From positions 1-35,746 of IMG/VR virus record IMGVR_UViG_3300024232_000042: a DNA stretch of 35,746 nucleotides. One strand, 5' to 3'. Made by a program: the position numbers and the translations under genes. Source of the stretch: a virus (taxonomy: Duplodnaviria; Caudoviricetes). Shown piece after piece: positions 1 to 8,787 of the stretch. Positions within the stretch are counted from its first letter, which is position 1, and every line of letters starts with the position of its first letter. Below the pieces are notes generated by a model. The model saw nothing but the letters and a program-made list of their open reading frames with translations, was not told the origin of the DNA and did no database searches.

Positions 1-138
1 TATAGATCCATCCACACCCATCATGGTTAAATCAAAATTAGCTGGGGATATAGAATTGGTCCCTTGGAAAGTCACAGCATCGTTAGTGCCTCCAAATTCT
101 GACAGATTTTGTGCGAGAGTAGCATATACGCTTGCATG
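1..138 (+). repeat. Terminal direct repeat, left copy (circular assembly overlap)
   Basis: 1-126 is identical to 35611-35736; the right copy then lacks 2 nt (TA). Confidence 0.97.
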
Positions 139-342
139 CGCCTGGCAGCAGTTGCACATTCTTTCATGGCAATCGCAGTCTTTGCCAGGAACTCCCTGAA
201 TACCCTGTATTCCTTGCCTTCCATCTTGTCCAGGTATACCCTGCGCTCCAGGGACGCCTTGAACGCCCTGAGGCCCTTGCAAACCAGGAACCCCTTGAGG
301 TCCTTGAAGACAGCATTCCTTTTTCTTATGATCATCACACAT
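1..342 (-). CDS. Collagen-like protein, N-terminal part (continues at 35610; 223 aa total)
   Basis: Hand translation [66 protein letters not shown] gives 14 G-X-Y triplets; AGGTG RBS; missed by the ORF track because it crosses the origin. Confidence 0.9.
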   Translation of the reverse strand, partial: MCDDHKKKECCLQGPQGVPGLQGPQGVQGVPGAQGIPGQDGRQGIQGIQGVPGKDCDCHERMCNCCQAHASVYATLAQNLSEFGGTNDAVTFQGTNSISPANFDLTMMGVDGSI

Positions 343-395
343 ATATCACCTATAGACGAATACGGTAGTGTGTTTACCCAATGGAAAACATCCTC

Positions 396-424
396 ATTAT
401 ACTACTCTTATATTTAAGCAACAA
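396..424 (-). promoter_or_regulatory. Sigma70-type promoter for the collagen gene
   Basis: TTGTTG-17 bp-TATAAT on the minus strand. Confidence 0.6.
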
Positions 425-458
425 ACAAAACGGCCTCACAATTGCATGTGAGACTGTT

Positions 459-752
459 TTATAATATAATGAGGCAAGCCAAAAGGATGGATGAAACCAA
501 TAAAAAAGCTCTAAATGCTAGCCACAGTATCGACGAACCGTCTCTTTCAACTGTTTCTATTTTTATAGATTTAACATTGAATGGTGACATCGTATGGCTC
601 AATGCACTTTCATTGATCAACCGCTTTGATGCAAGTACAGTTTTTAAGTTTGAGATTTCTCTTTTCTCATGTTCTATTTGTGATTTTTTTTCACAAATTT
701 CCTGTTTCAGCAAGTAGATCGGATCTTCTCCAACGGTACATATAACAGACAT
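459..752 (-). CDS. Coiled-coil protein with C-terminal membrane anchor
   Basis: Heptad-like segment, then ILWLAFRAFLLVSSILLACLIIL at the extreme C-terminus; AAGGT RBS. Confidence 0.7.
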   Translation of the reverse strand: MSVICTVGEDPIYLLKQEICEKKSQIEHEKREISNLKTVLASKRLINESALSHTMSPFNVKSIKIETVERDGSSILWLAFRAFLLVSSILLACLIIL

Positions 753-797
753 AATTTACCTTTTATGCCCCTAGGTTTTATCCCAGGGGTAATTTAT

Positions 798-1739
798 CTA
801 GGTTGTTAATTTTGGTTGCAAATTCGTTTTGATGGATTGGATGACTAGATTCATTGCATAATCTTTTATTTTTTGTGATGCAGCACCGAACTCGGTGTTT
901 TTTATCCTAGATTCAACATTATTCGTCCTCGTGGATTCATTCTGTGAGATTATGTCAAAAACTATTTTTCTTTGGTTTCCAGTTAAAATTATATTTGGAA
1001 ACATCTTATTTTCTAGATTTTGCTGCTCAATATGAATGCATTTCAGGTTTTTCATGCCCCGCCATTCATGATCAAAAATTGCCAATTTTATGGCCTCAGC
1101 TGTTAGTGTAGGTACCGCAGTAACTAACATCGGAGCGCCTATAGGAGCAAAAAACGGAGTAAGTGCAGCTCCTGCTATTACAGTGGATGCAGCGAGGCCG
1201 ACAGCTACACTAAGATCTACAACAGATGATCCCAGTTTATATTGTTGCTGTATCCTCGCCTGTTTTAGCTGCTCCAAATCTCTATCGACACGTGTCGACA
1301 AATTCAGATCTTTGGATTCTGAAATCTGTTCCTTTAATTCGTCCTTTTCTTCGGTAAGTTCTTTTACAAAATTAGCGAGAGATTCCACCTCATCTTTTAA
1401 AGATTTTATATCATCTTCCGCCTTCTTTTTTTCATCATCTATTTTTTTTTTATCGTCCGTGAGATTGGTCAACCGGGTTTTCAATTCATTAATTTCATTG
1501 TCTTTTGCTGATTTTTCGTCTTCATGTTTTTTGTTTTGTTTATCGAAAGCTGCGTTCACTTCTAAAGACTTCTCTTGAATTTTTCTGTCGGTTTCAGAAG
1601 CGGCTTTTTTTAGAATTTTTTTTTCAATTCTTGCAAGCAATTTATCTGCATCAAATCCAACTGCAACTTCTGAACCCCGATACGGTTCAGAGTGCACAAA
1701 TTTTTCTATACTATAGTTTTGATTGTTATTGCATACCAT
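798..1739 (-). CDS. Long coiled-coil protein with a bilobed hydrophobic hairpin (Inc/effector-like)
   Basis: ATG at 1739 with GAGG RBS; K/E-rich coiled coil, then a 39-aa uncharged stretch LSVAVGLAASTVIAGAALTPFFAPIGAPMLVTAVPTLTA; AT-rich DNA. Confidence 0.75.
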   Translation of the reverse strand: MVCNNNQNYSIEKFVHSEPYRGSEVAVGFDADKLLARIEKKILKKAASETDRKIQEKSLEVNAAFDKQNKKHEDEKSAKDNEINELKTRLTNLTDDKKKIDDEKKKAEDDIKSLKDEVESLANFVKELTEEKDELKEQISESKDLNLSTRVDRDLEQLKQARIQQQYKLGSSVVDLSVAVGLAASTVIAGAALTPFFAPIGAPMLVTAVPTLTAEAIKLAIFDHEWRGMKNLKCIHIEQQNLENKMFPNIILTGNQRKIVFDIISQNESTRTNNVESRIKNTEFGAASQKIKDYAMNLVIQSIKTNLQPKLTT

Positions 1740-1832
1740 GACTGTCCTCAAATGTTAAGATTTTCTGTTCGCCAAAATTGGCTTCACAAAAACTTTACGC
1801 AAAGTTTTCATTAAGATCAATATGTTCCTGAA

Positions 1833-1858
1833 AGTTATAGCTGGAACCAGCTATAACT
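1833..1858. repeat. Perfect 12-bp inverted repeat (possible operator)
   Basis: AGTTATAGCTGG-AA-CCAGCTATAACT. Confidence 0.8.
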
Positions 1859-1919
1859 ATAGATTATTCGATATAACTTGAAAAATCCCCATGAGTTTTG
1901 CTAGCCATGGTATGCGATG

Positions 1920-2120
1920 CTAGACGTTCTCTTCAGAGGCTAGGGGAGAGCCGGGTTTTGAAAGATTCTTTGGAATGGGCATAAAATATAAATGCCCCGT
2001 TTCATGACACACATGGCTCAAAAAATAGGATTGGTGAGGATATGACGGCGTAGATGTGAACCTAAAACAGGTTTCTTTACGATCGCAGCCCTCACCTAGG
2101 CACTTGCATATATCTGGCAT
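1920..2120 (-). CDS. Small Cys-rich phage hypothetical protein
   Basis: MPDICKCLGEGCDRKETCFRF...QSYF pattern typical of small phage ORFs. Confidence 0.65.
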   Translation of the reverse strand: MPDICKCLGEGCDRKETCFRFTSTPSYPHQSYFLSHVCHETGHLYFMPIPKNLSKPGSPLASEENV

Positions 2121-2203
2121 CGAATTCCAAATTAAACATTATCGTTGACCATTCGTAGGGCCCTATGATATTACTAGTCTATAATTTAATACTAGTGAGA
2201 TTT

Positions 2204-2653
2204 ATGGCGAGACCAGAGAAAGAGATCAAATGGGATGTGGTTTTGATGCGAATGCAGGCAGGAAATACCGCAGCTCAGATAGCGCAAGCCCATAACATCA
2301 ATATTGATACTTTTTATGATAGATTTAAGAAAGAATTTGGATGTGGTTTCTCCGATTACTCCGACCCAGAAAGGACTTTAGGCAAAGGGAATATCGCCTA
2401 CGTTCAATATACAAAAGCCCTTCAGGGCAGTACTGCTATGCTATCTCTTCTAGGTGAAGAATGGCTTGGACAGGGAGCCCCTAAACCTCCAACAGTAGCA
2501 GCAAACCAGCCTACAATAGACTATCAACATGAAATAATGCAACTACAAAATGAAATTGCCAATTTGAGGCAGAATGGTATCACTTCCACAGGACAATACG
2601 AATGTGTCAGAAACTCAACGCAGAGTGGTGATAACCAGTCCAAAACAGAATAA
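2204..2653 (+). CDS. terS: Terminase small subunit (HTH)
   Basis: MARPEKEI start, HTH-like AAQIAQAHNINIDTFYDRF, directly upstream of TerL. Confidence 0.75.
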   Translation: MARPEKEIKWDVVLMRMQAGNTAAQIAQAHNINIDTFYDRFKKEFGCGFSDYSDPERTLGKGNIAYVQYTKALQGSTAMLSLLGEEWLGQGAPKPPTVAANQPTIDYQHEIMQLQNEIANLRQNGITSTGQYECVRNSTQSGDNQSKTE

Positions 2654-3914
2654 GAGCTTCTGCGAAGCCACACGCAGGTTTAATATTTGGGTAGGGGCCG
2701 TCAGCTCAGGGAAAACCTACTCAAGCATTGAGCGATTCATAAAAGATCTAAAAGATGGCCCTCGCAACGCTGATGGCGGTGGCGATGCTATGATCATAGG
2801 CGTCAACCGTACAGCTATTCAGCGTAACATACTCACACACCTATACAGGAGGCTGGGGTTCCCATGTCCAACGGAGAAATCACAAAAGACCAGCCTATAT
2901 GGGAGAGATGTGTGGTTTGTGGGTGCTCCCGATGTGTCGGCTGTCTCGACTATACAGGGCTCCACTTTAGCACTTGCATATGTGGACGAAGCAACGAACC
3001 TACCCGAGCCATTTTGGAAGATGTTAGAGAGTCGTTTACGTGTTCCTGGTGCAAAGCTCTTAGCAACGTGTAATCCTGAAGGTCCTGCACACTGGCTCAA
3101 GAAAGACTATATTGATAATCCTGCTCTAGATCTCAGCTACTGGAACTTTTGCCTTGAAGATAATCCGATCCTAGATGAAGCTTATAAACAACAGCTGAAA
3201 GCCTCTTACACTGGTATGTGGTACAACCGTTATATCCTAGGACAGTGGGCGCTAGCCCATGGAGCCATTTATGATTGCTACGATAAAGACAATGAATACC
3301 AAAATGCGTTTCCTTCCCCGTCTTGTTATCTCGTGGGCATCGACTACGGAACTACAAATGCTACAGCTGCGGTGCTACTTGCCGTTACACCCAATAAATG
3401 GCCTCAGATACGGGTTGAGTCAGAATATTACTATGATTCCGCTAAGCGGGGGCGCAGTAAAACGGACCAAGAACTCGTCAGAGATATCAAGGAATTCATC
3501 GGCTACAAAAACGTATCGTCTATTTATATTGATCCTGCTGCAGCGTCACTCAAAGTTGCCATGCGTCAGGCAGATCTGCCTGTATTAGATGCCAATAATG
3601 ATGTGCTTCTAGGTATCAAGACCTGTTCCAAGTTCATTGGAGGCAAGAATATTGTGATCCATAAGAGTTGCACAACACTACGAGAGCACATGCAGTCCTA
3701 CGCTTGGGACTCAAAGGCTGCTGACAGAGGCGAGGACAAGCCTGTAAAGAAAAATGACCACGTGTGCGATGCCCTTAGGTATGCGTTAACCCCTTTTATG
3801 AAGACAGGAACATTCAGTAACCCCGACGACGATCTTTCATATGACCAATTGCGAAGAAAAGTGTTTAACGATGACGACATGTATTCTAATTTTAATTCCA
3901 ATATTTTATGCTAG
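2574..3914 (+). CDS. terL: Terminase large subunit, PBSX-like
   Basis: Walker A GAVSSGKT, Walker B AYVDEA, ATCNP, nuclease motifs GIDYG and DHVCDALRY. Confidence 0.96.
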   Translation: MVSLPQDNTNVSETQRRVVITSPKQNKSFCEATRRFNIWVGAVSSGKTYSSIERFIKDLKDGPRNADGGGDAMIIGVNRTAIQRNILTHLYRRLGFPCPTEKSQKTSLYGRDVWFVGAPDVSAVSTIQGSTLALAYVDEATNLPEPFWKMLESRLRVPGAKLLATCNPEGPAHWLKKDYIDNPALDLSYWNFCLEDNPILDEAYKQQLKASYTGMWYNRYILGQWALAHGAIYDCYDKDNEYQNAFPSPSCYLVGIDYGTTNATAAVLLAVTPNKWPQIRVESEYYYDSAKRGRSKTDQELVRDIKEFIGYKNVSSIYIDPAAASLKVAMRQADLPVLDANNDVLLGIKTCSKFIGGKNIVIHKSCTTLREHMQSYAWDSKAADRGEDKPVKKNDHVCDALRYALTPFMKTGTFSNPDDDLSYDQLRRKVFNDDDMYSNFNSNILC

Positions 3915-3951
3915 TGTGATATGAAAATATTAACTCTACACAAGGCCCCGC

Positions 3952-6012
3952 ATGCCGAGCTACGAATCAGGCCAGTATTCCCTCGGCTACACGGATCCGT
4001 CAGATGTCGAATCAAAAAATGTTCAACAGATGATGGACTCATTCTATCAAGAAAACTACACTGCTAACTCTACTTTATGGCTCCAGGGAGCTATAGACAA
4101 GCGTTTTAAGGTGGGCGATCAAAATCTGTACAATCAAGTCTATGGCAACAACTCGCAGAACTCACAAAAGTTCTTTTTTAATTTGGTACGCCGTCACATC
4201 AACATGATTTGCGGATATCAAAGAAAGAATCGCAAGTCTACCATCACAATGCCCGTAAAAGACAATGACGACCAAGTGGCCGATGACTATAACAAGGTGA
4301 TGAGGTGGTGCGATGATAGAGATGGGTTCCAAGAGTACCTGTCACAGGCTTTCGAAGGTGCTTGCGACACAGGTGAGACCCTATTGCATTTGTATCCTGA
4401 TTATACTTTTGATCCTATATCTGGCGATCTGTTCACTGATTGTGTGGCGTATAACAACTATCTCATCGACCAATATACTCGAAAACAGGACCTCAGCGAC
4501 TGTAACGGAATCTGGAGACGCCGTTGGACATCAAAAGAAATGGCGAAGACCTTGTTGCCTGGCTATGCGAAGGAGATAGACAAGATGAAGCCCGGAGGCA
4601 TGAAAGACGGCCGCTTTCCGCTTCAAGCCGAACTGCAGAATATCGCAATAAACAAACTATTTACATACGATGAATTCTATTACCGCACAACACGTTCAGG
4701 GAATATTATTGTAGATCCTCTTTCGGGTGAAGCTGCCGAATGGCAAGAGGAAGAAAACGAAGAGCCCGGCATGATGGAGCAAGTGATGGCACAACAGCCA
4801 TGGCTGAAAGTCCAGAAGGTGCAAATACCGACGGTCAAACTAGTCATATGCCTAGCGGGAAAAATGGTCTACCACGGCCCGAATTTACTTGGCATAGATG
4901 CATACCCATTTGTACCGACACAGTGCTACATAGAGCAGGACATTCAGGCCTATGCATGGCGCAAGCAAGGCATCATCAGGAATCTTAGGGATTCACAATT
5001 TCTTTACAATATGCGTAAGGTGATCGAGCTTCAGATTTTGCAGAGCTCCCTTAATGCTGGTTGGATCTATCCCGTGGATGTTGTGACCGATCCTAAGGCA
5101 TTCCGACAGACTAGCGGAGGCGATGGCTTCCTAATTCCATTGAAAGCAGGACATCTCCCCGGAGAAATACAACGTATAGAGCCTGTTGGTATACCACAGA
5201 GCCTACTAGAGCTATCCAATAGCCTTGCAGAAGATATAACAAAGATTTCTGGTGTAAATGAAGAACTTTTGGGATCAGCGACAGATGACAAATCTGGTAT
5301 TCTCAGTATGCTACGACAAGGTGCTGGACTTACTACATTACAGACTATTTTCGACAAATTGGATTATACACAGCGATTGTATGGCAAGATACGCCTACAG
5401 GCGATCCGTAAGAATTTCAGCAAGGGTAAAGTGCGCAATATTCTGGGCCATGATGCAGATCCAAGATTTTGGACGAGCCATACTCAAAAGTATGCCATCG
5501 CTGTCGAAGAGGGGAATTATTCGACTACCCAACGTCAAATGGAGCTACAGCAACTTATCCATTTCAAAGAGCTAGGCATCCAGATAGCAGACAAATCTAT
5601 AATCCGAGCGGCATTCATCACTAACAAGGTGCAGGTCATCGCCGACATGGAAGAGCAACAGCAATCACAGGCCCAACAAGCGCAGCAACAGGCGCAGCAA
5701 GCTCAACAGATGGATCAAGCAAAGATAACGTCTCTGATGGTCAAAGCGCAGCTAGATCAGGCCAAGGTCAGCGAGACGTATGCCAAGGTCGATGATCTTG
5801 AAGCTGGAGCCGAGCACAAGAGAACATCAGCGGACCTAGATATCGTCAAACAAATGGTAGAACTTGAAGACATGGACCTAGCCAACTTCAGGGCCAGTTT
5901 AGAAATGGCAGAGATTATAAAATTGAATGCAGGTTCAGAAAGTAAACATCCATCTTTTAGGCCAAAAGAACCAAAACAAGCGCCAGCTATGGCTGGACAG
6001 GGGATATCATGA
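3952..6012 (+). CDS. Portal protein (P22-like, Gln-rich C-terminal helix)
   Basis: 686 aa after terL; GIIRNLRDSQFLYN and ITKISGVNEELLG motifs; Q-rich tail. Confidence 0.88.
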   Translation: MPSYESGQYSLGYTDPSDVESKNVQQMMDSFYQENYTANSTLWLQGAIDKRFKVGDQNLYNQVYGNNSQNSQKFFFNLVRRHINMICGYQRKNRKSTITMPVKDNDDQVADDYNKVMRWCDDRDGFQEYLSQAFEGACDTGETLLHLYPDYTFDPISGDLFTDCVAYNNYLIDQYTRKQDLSDCNGIWRRRWTSKEMAKTLLPGYAKEIDKMKPGGMKDGRFPLQAELQNIAINKLFTYDEFYYRTTRSGNIIVDPLSGEAAEWQEEENEEPGMMEQVMAQQPWLKVQKVQIPTVKLVICLAGKMVYHGPNLLGIDAYPFVPTQCYIEQDIQAYAWRKQGIIRNLRDSQFLYNMRKVIELQILQSSLNAGWIYPVDVVTDPKAFRQTSGGDGFLIPLKAGHLPGEIQRIEPVGIPQSLLELSNSLAEDITKISGVNEELLGSATDDKSGILSMLRQGAGLTTLQTIFDKLDYTQRLYGKIRLQAIRKNFSKGKVRNILGHDADPRFWTSHTQKYAIAVEEGNYSTTQRQMELQQLIHFKELGIQIADKSIIRAAFITNKVQVIADMEEQQQSQAQQAQQQAQQAQQMDQAKITSLMVKAQLDQAKVSETYAKVDDLEAGAEHKRTSADLDIVKQMVELEDMDLANFRASLEMAEIIKLNAGSESKHPSFRPKEPKQAPAMAGQGIS

Positions 6013-6281
6013 AAGAACATCACCATAAAGAGCATGCTCATCACAAAGAGCATCACCACAAAGAACATAGCCACCACAAACACCATGCGAAGCACGGGCA
6101 TCATCCCCATGATCACATGGCTGCTATGCCACAGTTTAACGAAGGGCATTGGGAAAAGAAACTTGAAGACGTCAGCGTAGCTGATGGCAAGTATTCATCT
6201 CAGATGAACCAGGCAGAAGAGTATAAGCACTCTGCCGATGCCCTAGCACACTATGCTAAGAAGCATAAAGCGCAACATTAA
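6009..6281 (+). CDS. Histidine-rich small protein
   Basis: 19 His in the first 36 aa; ATGA overlap with the portal stop. Confidence 0.75.
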   Translation: MKEHHHKEHAHHKEHHHKEHSHHKHHAKHGHHPHDHMAAMPQFNEGHWEKKLEDVSVADGKYSSQMNQAEEYKHSADALAHYAKKHKAQH

Positions 6282-6343
6282 TTTTGTCAGGCGTTCGTTG
6301 GCCTTCATGCTCCGATATAAGACCTGCCTTTTAAAGGATTCAT

Positions 6344-6556
6344 ATGCCTAAAAAACACCATGCTTCTGACTATGTCAAGAACAAAGACGCCGATGTGATC
6401 CCGCATGGATGGGGCGATGCTGTGCCTCATCAGCAATGGCAGGTCAACCGTGATCTAACGCCTGAGGGCGACAACAGCGGTTATGGGGCTTTCAATCCTA
6501 GGAAGGGAAAGAACAGGCCGACAGTATATCCAAAGACTAATGAGTGTGACCACTAA
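6344..6556 (+). CDS. Hypothetical protein
   Basis: AAGGA RBS, operon context. Confidence 0.65.
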   Translation: MPKKHHASDYVKNKDADVIPHGWGDAVPHQQWQVNRDLTPEGDNSGYGAFNPRKGKNRPTVYPKTNECDH

Positions 6557-6565
6557 GGTGTAAAT

Positions 6566-6979
6566 TTGAGCAATATAGAGATTGAAGAGTACGTTAAACT
6601 TGTGGATTATATTAAAGAATTGTCAGATTCGGTGAAGCAAAGATTTGAAGAAAATGTGTTGCAGATTTTCAGAGAAAGTTCTCAAAAAAAAGATGAAGTT
6701 ATAAAGCTTTATAGAGATATGCTCAATGACAAACATATTTTTGAAAACTCTTTAGAAAAGAAATATGCTGAGATGTACCGTGACGATTTTCATAAAATTA
6801 ACTACAAATATAGATTGCAAGAAATAAATATAAAAAAGTTACAAGAAGAAAATTGTGAGTTGAAATTAAGTTTAAAAGATATCAAAAAGGCATATAAAAA
6901 AGATGCTGTGGGAAAGATAAAAAAATCTAAAAAATTAGATGAGACTAAAGAATGCGAGAAAACATCGACCTCCGACTAG
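6566..6979 (+). CDS. AT-rich coiled-coil hypothetical protein
   Basis: AAGGTG RBS with TTG start; K/E-rich; lower GC than neighbours. Confidence 0.6.
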   Translation: MSNIEIEEYVKLVDYIKELSDSVKQRFEENVLQIFRESSQKKDEVIKLYRDMLNDKHIFENSLEKKYAEMYRDDFHKINYKYRLQEINIKKLQEENCELKLSLKDIKKAYKKDAVGKIKKSKKLDETKECEKTSTSD

Positions 6980-7095
6980 CCATAGCCTGCCTGTACATTG
7001 CCGAAGTCTTATCGGCTTTCAGCTCTAGGGCTGCGCTGTACTTTGTTGGCATAGGCGATAGGATAGCGGATAAGTATTTAGGTGCCGATGAGTGA
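6952..7095 (+). CDS. Small hypothetical protein (47 aa)
   Basis: Hand translation MRENIDLRLAIACLYIAEVLSAF...; fills the gap and overlaps the next ATG. Confidence 0.4.
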   Translation: MRENIDLRLAIACLYIAEVLSAFSSRAALYFVGIGDRIADKYLGADE

Positions 7096-7294
7096 CTTTG
7101 AAAAGATCTATGTGGATGGCGTGCCAACTGAAAGTAAAGTAGATATTGAAAATCCTCTGGGATTTATGTTTTTAAAATTATGTGAACATTCAGAAAATTG
7201 TTTTAAAGTAGAAAAACCGGAGGAACATGCAGAACAGCCGGATAACAGCAGGCGAGCTATCAAAAAAGGCTCTAAGCGACACAACAAGATATAA
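7088..7294 (+). CDS. Hypothetical protein
   Basis: AGGTG RBS before ATG 7088. Confidence 0.5.
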   Translation: MSDFEKIYVDGVPTESKVDIENPLGFMFLKLCEHSENCFKVEKPEEHAEQPDNSRRAIKKGSKRHNKI

Positions 7295-7841
7295 TGCCCT
7301 GGAAGTTGGTCACGCTATATCAGATGATATAGAAGAGCATCTGCGTGAGTCTATCGATAAGCATATACCGATCTTTGATGAAGAAGAATTTTGCGTTGTC
7401 ATGCTGATTGCAAAAGATCCATTGATCTCTAACTTGATGCGTAGAAAATTCTATTGCTGGCCCTACTTGCCTAGCCCACGTCCGAATCAGGCTGTGTTTT
7501 TGTACAACAAAATACAAGATAGAATAGTGAAGAGGCTATGGGTACTACCATCAGATATGGTGATGGCCGAACTTGCTGGAACAAACGTAATAGTGCACAA
7601 GCGATATGAAACAATGCAAGCGTGGTCAGTAGCATTTTTTAAAGGGTCCTTTTGGGAATACATTAGGCATGAGCACAACATCGACATGCCTTCAGAGCAC
7701 GAATATTTCTTGTCACATAGAGACAAATTGCTCCAAGCGGGTTGTCAGCTCCCCGATTCGTCGACTGTCCATCCCTTCGATTTTAGTAAGATCGAAATTG
7801 AAAAGATCGTAGACACGCAGGCAGCCGTTGCTTGTGAGTAG
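7227..7841 (+). CDS. Phage hypothetical protein (head module)
   Basis: 204 aa, GGAGG RBS, globular composition. Confidence 0.75.
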   Translation: MQNSRITAGELSKKALSDTTRYNALEVGHAISDDIEEHLRESIDKHIPIFDEEEFCVVMLIAKDPLISNLMRRKFYCWPYLPSPRPNQAVFLYNKIQDRIVKRLWVLPSDMVMAELAGTNVIVHKRYETMQAWSVAFFKGSFWEYIRHEHNIDMPSEHEYFLSHRDKLLQAGCQLPDSSTVHPFDFSKIEIEKIVDTQAAVACE

Positions 7842-8000
7842 AGCATTGGTAACTTTAGATAAACACAAAACCTCAAGAGGAGCGTCCGCAGCCATATAGG
7901 AGATTGTTTTTTGGTAATCGTTTAGTTTGTTAAGAATTTCTTTTTTTATTTTTTCAAGTTCAAGATCGTTTTCAACATTTATGTTTTCCAAATTTGACAC
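7713..8000 (-). CDS. RNA polymerase alpha-subunit CTD-like (HhH) protein
   Basis: APLEVLCLSKVTNALLTSNGCLRVYDL...LTKIEGMDSRRIGEL resembles the alpha-CTD pattern; GTG start with AGGAG RBS. Confidence 0.65.
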   Translation of the reverse strand: MSNLENINVENDLELEKIKKEILNKLNDYQKTISYMAADAPLEVLCLSKVTNALLTSNGCLRVYDLFNFDLTKIEGMDSRRIGELTTRLEQFVSM

Positions 8001-8013
8001 AGGAGTCTCCTAG

Positions 8014-8781
8014 ATGACAGTTCCAGCCGAAGATACTGCAAATAAAATTTTACCTCAAGCGCAACCAGAAGCAGTTCAGCCTGTGCAGGCCGATGCTACA
8101 GCGCAGCCAATATCAGAAAAAGAACCTATAGAAGATCCTAATTGGCGTGCATTCCGTGAAGCCCGTAAGAAAGATAGGCAAGACAAAGAGGCTGCCGAGA
8201 AACTGGCAAGAGAGAAGTCTGCTGAAGCTGAAGCGCTCAAGGCTGCTATGGAAGCTGCTTTTGGCAAGCAACAAGAAAGTGACCACCGCCGTGCTGACAC
8301 GAAAAATAGAGAGTATGCATACGAGCCAGAAGAAAGCGAAGACGAGCGCATAGAGAAGAAAGTTCAGGCCGTTCTAGCTACCCGAGAGCAGGCTATGGAC
8401 AATGAAAGAAGACAGAGGGAACAGCAGGAATATCCTCAGAGGCTTAATCAGACATATTCTGATTTCAACAACACTGTGAGCAGTGAAAACTTGGATTATC
8501 TAGAGTACCATTATCCTGAAGTAGCAAGCCCCCTGCGCCGTCTCCCTGACGGATATGAGAAATGGGCTGACATCTACAAGGCAGTCAAGAAATTCGTACC
8601 TAATTCAGTTAATGCCCGTCAGGATTCGGCTAGAGCGGATGCCAATTTCAATAAGCCTAAGTCCATTTCCTCGGCTACCGTGACAAATTCCGGTGAACCT
8701 GGTAATGCATCTAGGTTATCAGATGACCGTAAGGCGGAGAATTGGGCCCGGATGCAGAAGCTTTTAAAAGGGGTAGGATGA
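8014..8781 (+). CDS. Head scaffolding protein
   Basis: Charged helical protein immediately upstream of the capsid gene. Confidence 0.7.
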   Translation: MTVPAEDTANKILPQAQPEAVQPVQADATAQPISEKEPIEDPNWRAFREARKKDRQDKEAAEKLAREKSAEAEALKAAMEAAFGKQQESDHRRADTKNREYAYEPEESEDERIEKKVQAVLATREQAMDNERRQREQQEYPQRLNQTYSDFNNTVSSENLDYLEYHYPEVASPLRRLPDGYEKWADIYKAVKKFVPNSVNARQDSARADANFNKPKSISSATVTNSGEPGNASRLSDDRKAENWARMQKLLKGVG

Positions 8782-8787
8782 AATTAT

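Noticed and set aside
72-417. ORFs 72..338, 109..417 and 132..368
   Set aside because: Alternative-frame shadows of the origin-spanning collagen gene
1090-1578. 162-aa Ser/Phe-rich plus-strand ORF
   Set aside because: Antisense shadow of the Lys/Glu-rich coiled-coil gene
1833-1858. Protelomerase (tel) site of a linear phage-plasmid
   Set aside because: Centre is not self-complementary and no protelomerase or tyrosine recombinase is encoded
6289-6304. AGGC-gttcgttg-GCCT hairpin as a third copy of the late leader motif
   Set aside because: Single short stem; lacks GGCCG, the TACG/CGTA hairpin and a clear promoter
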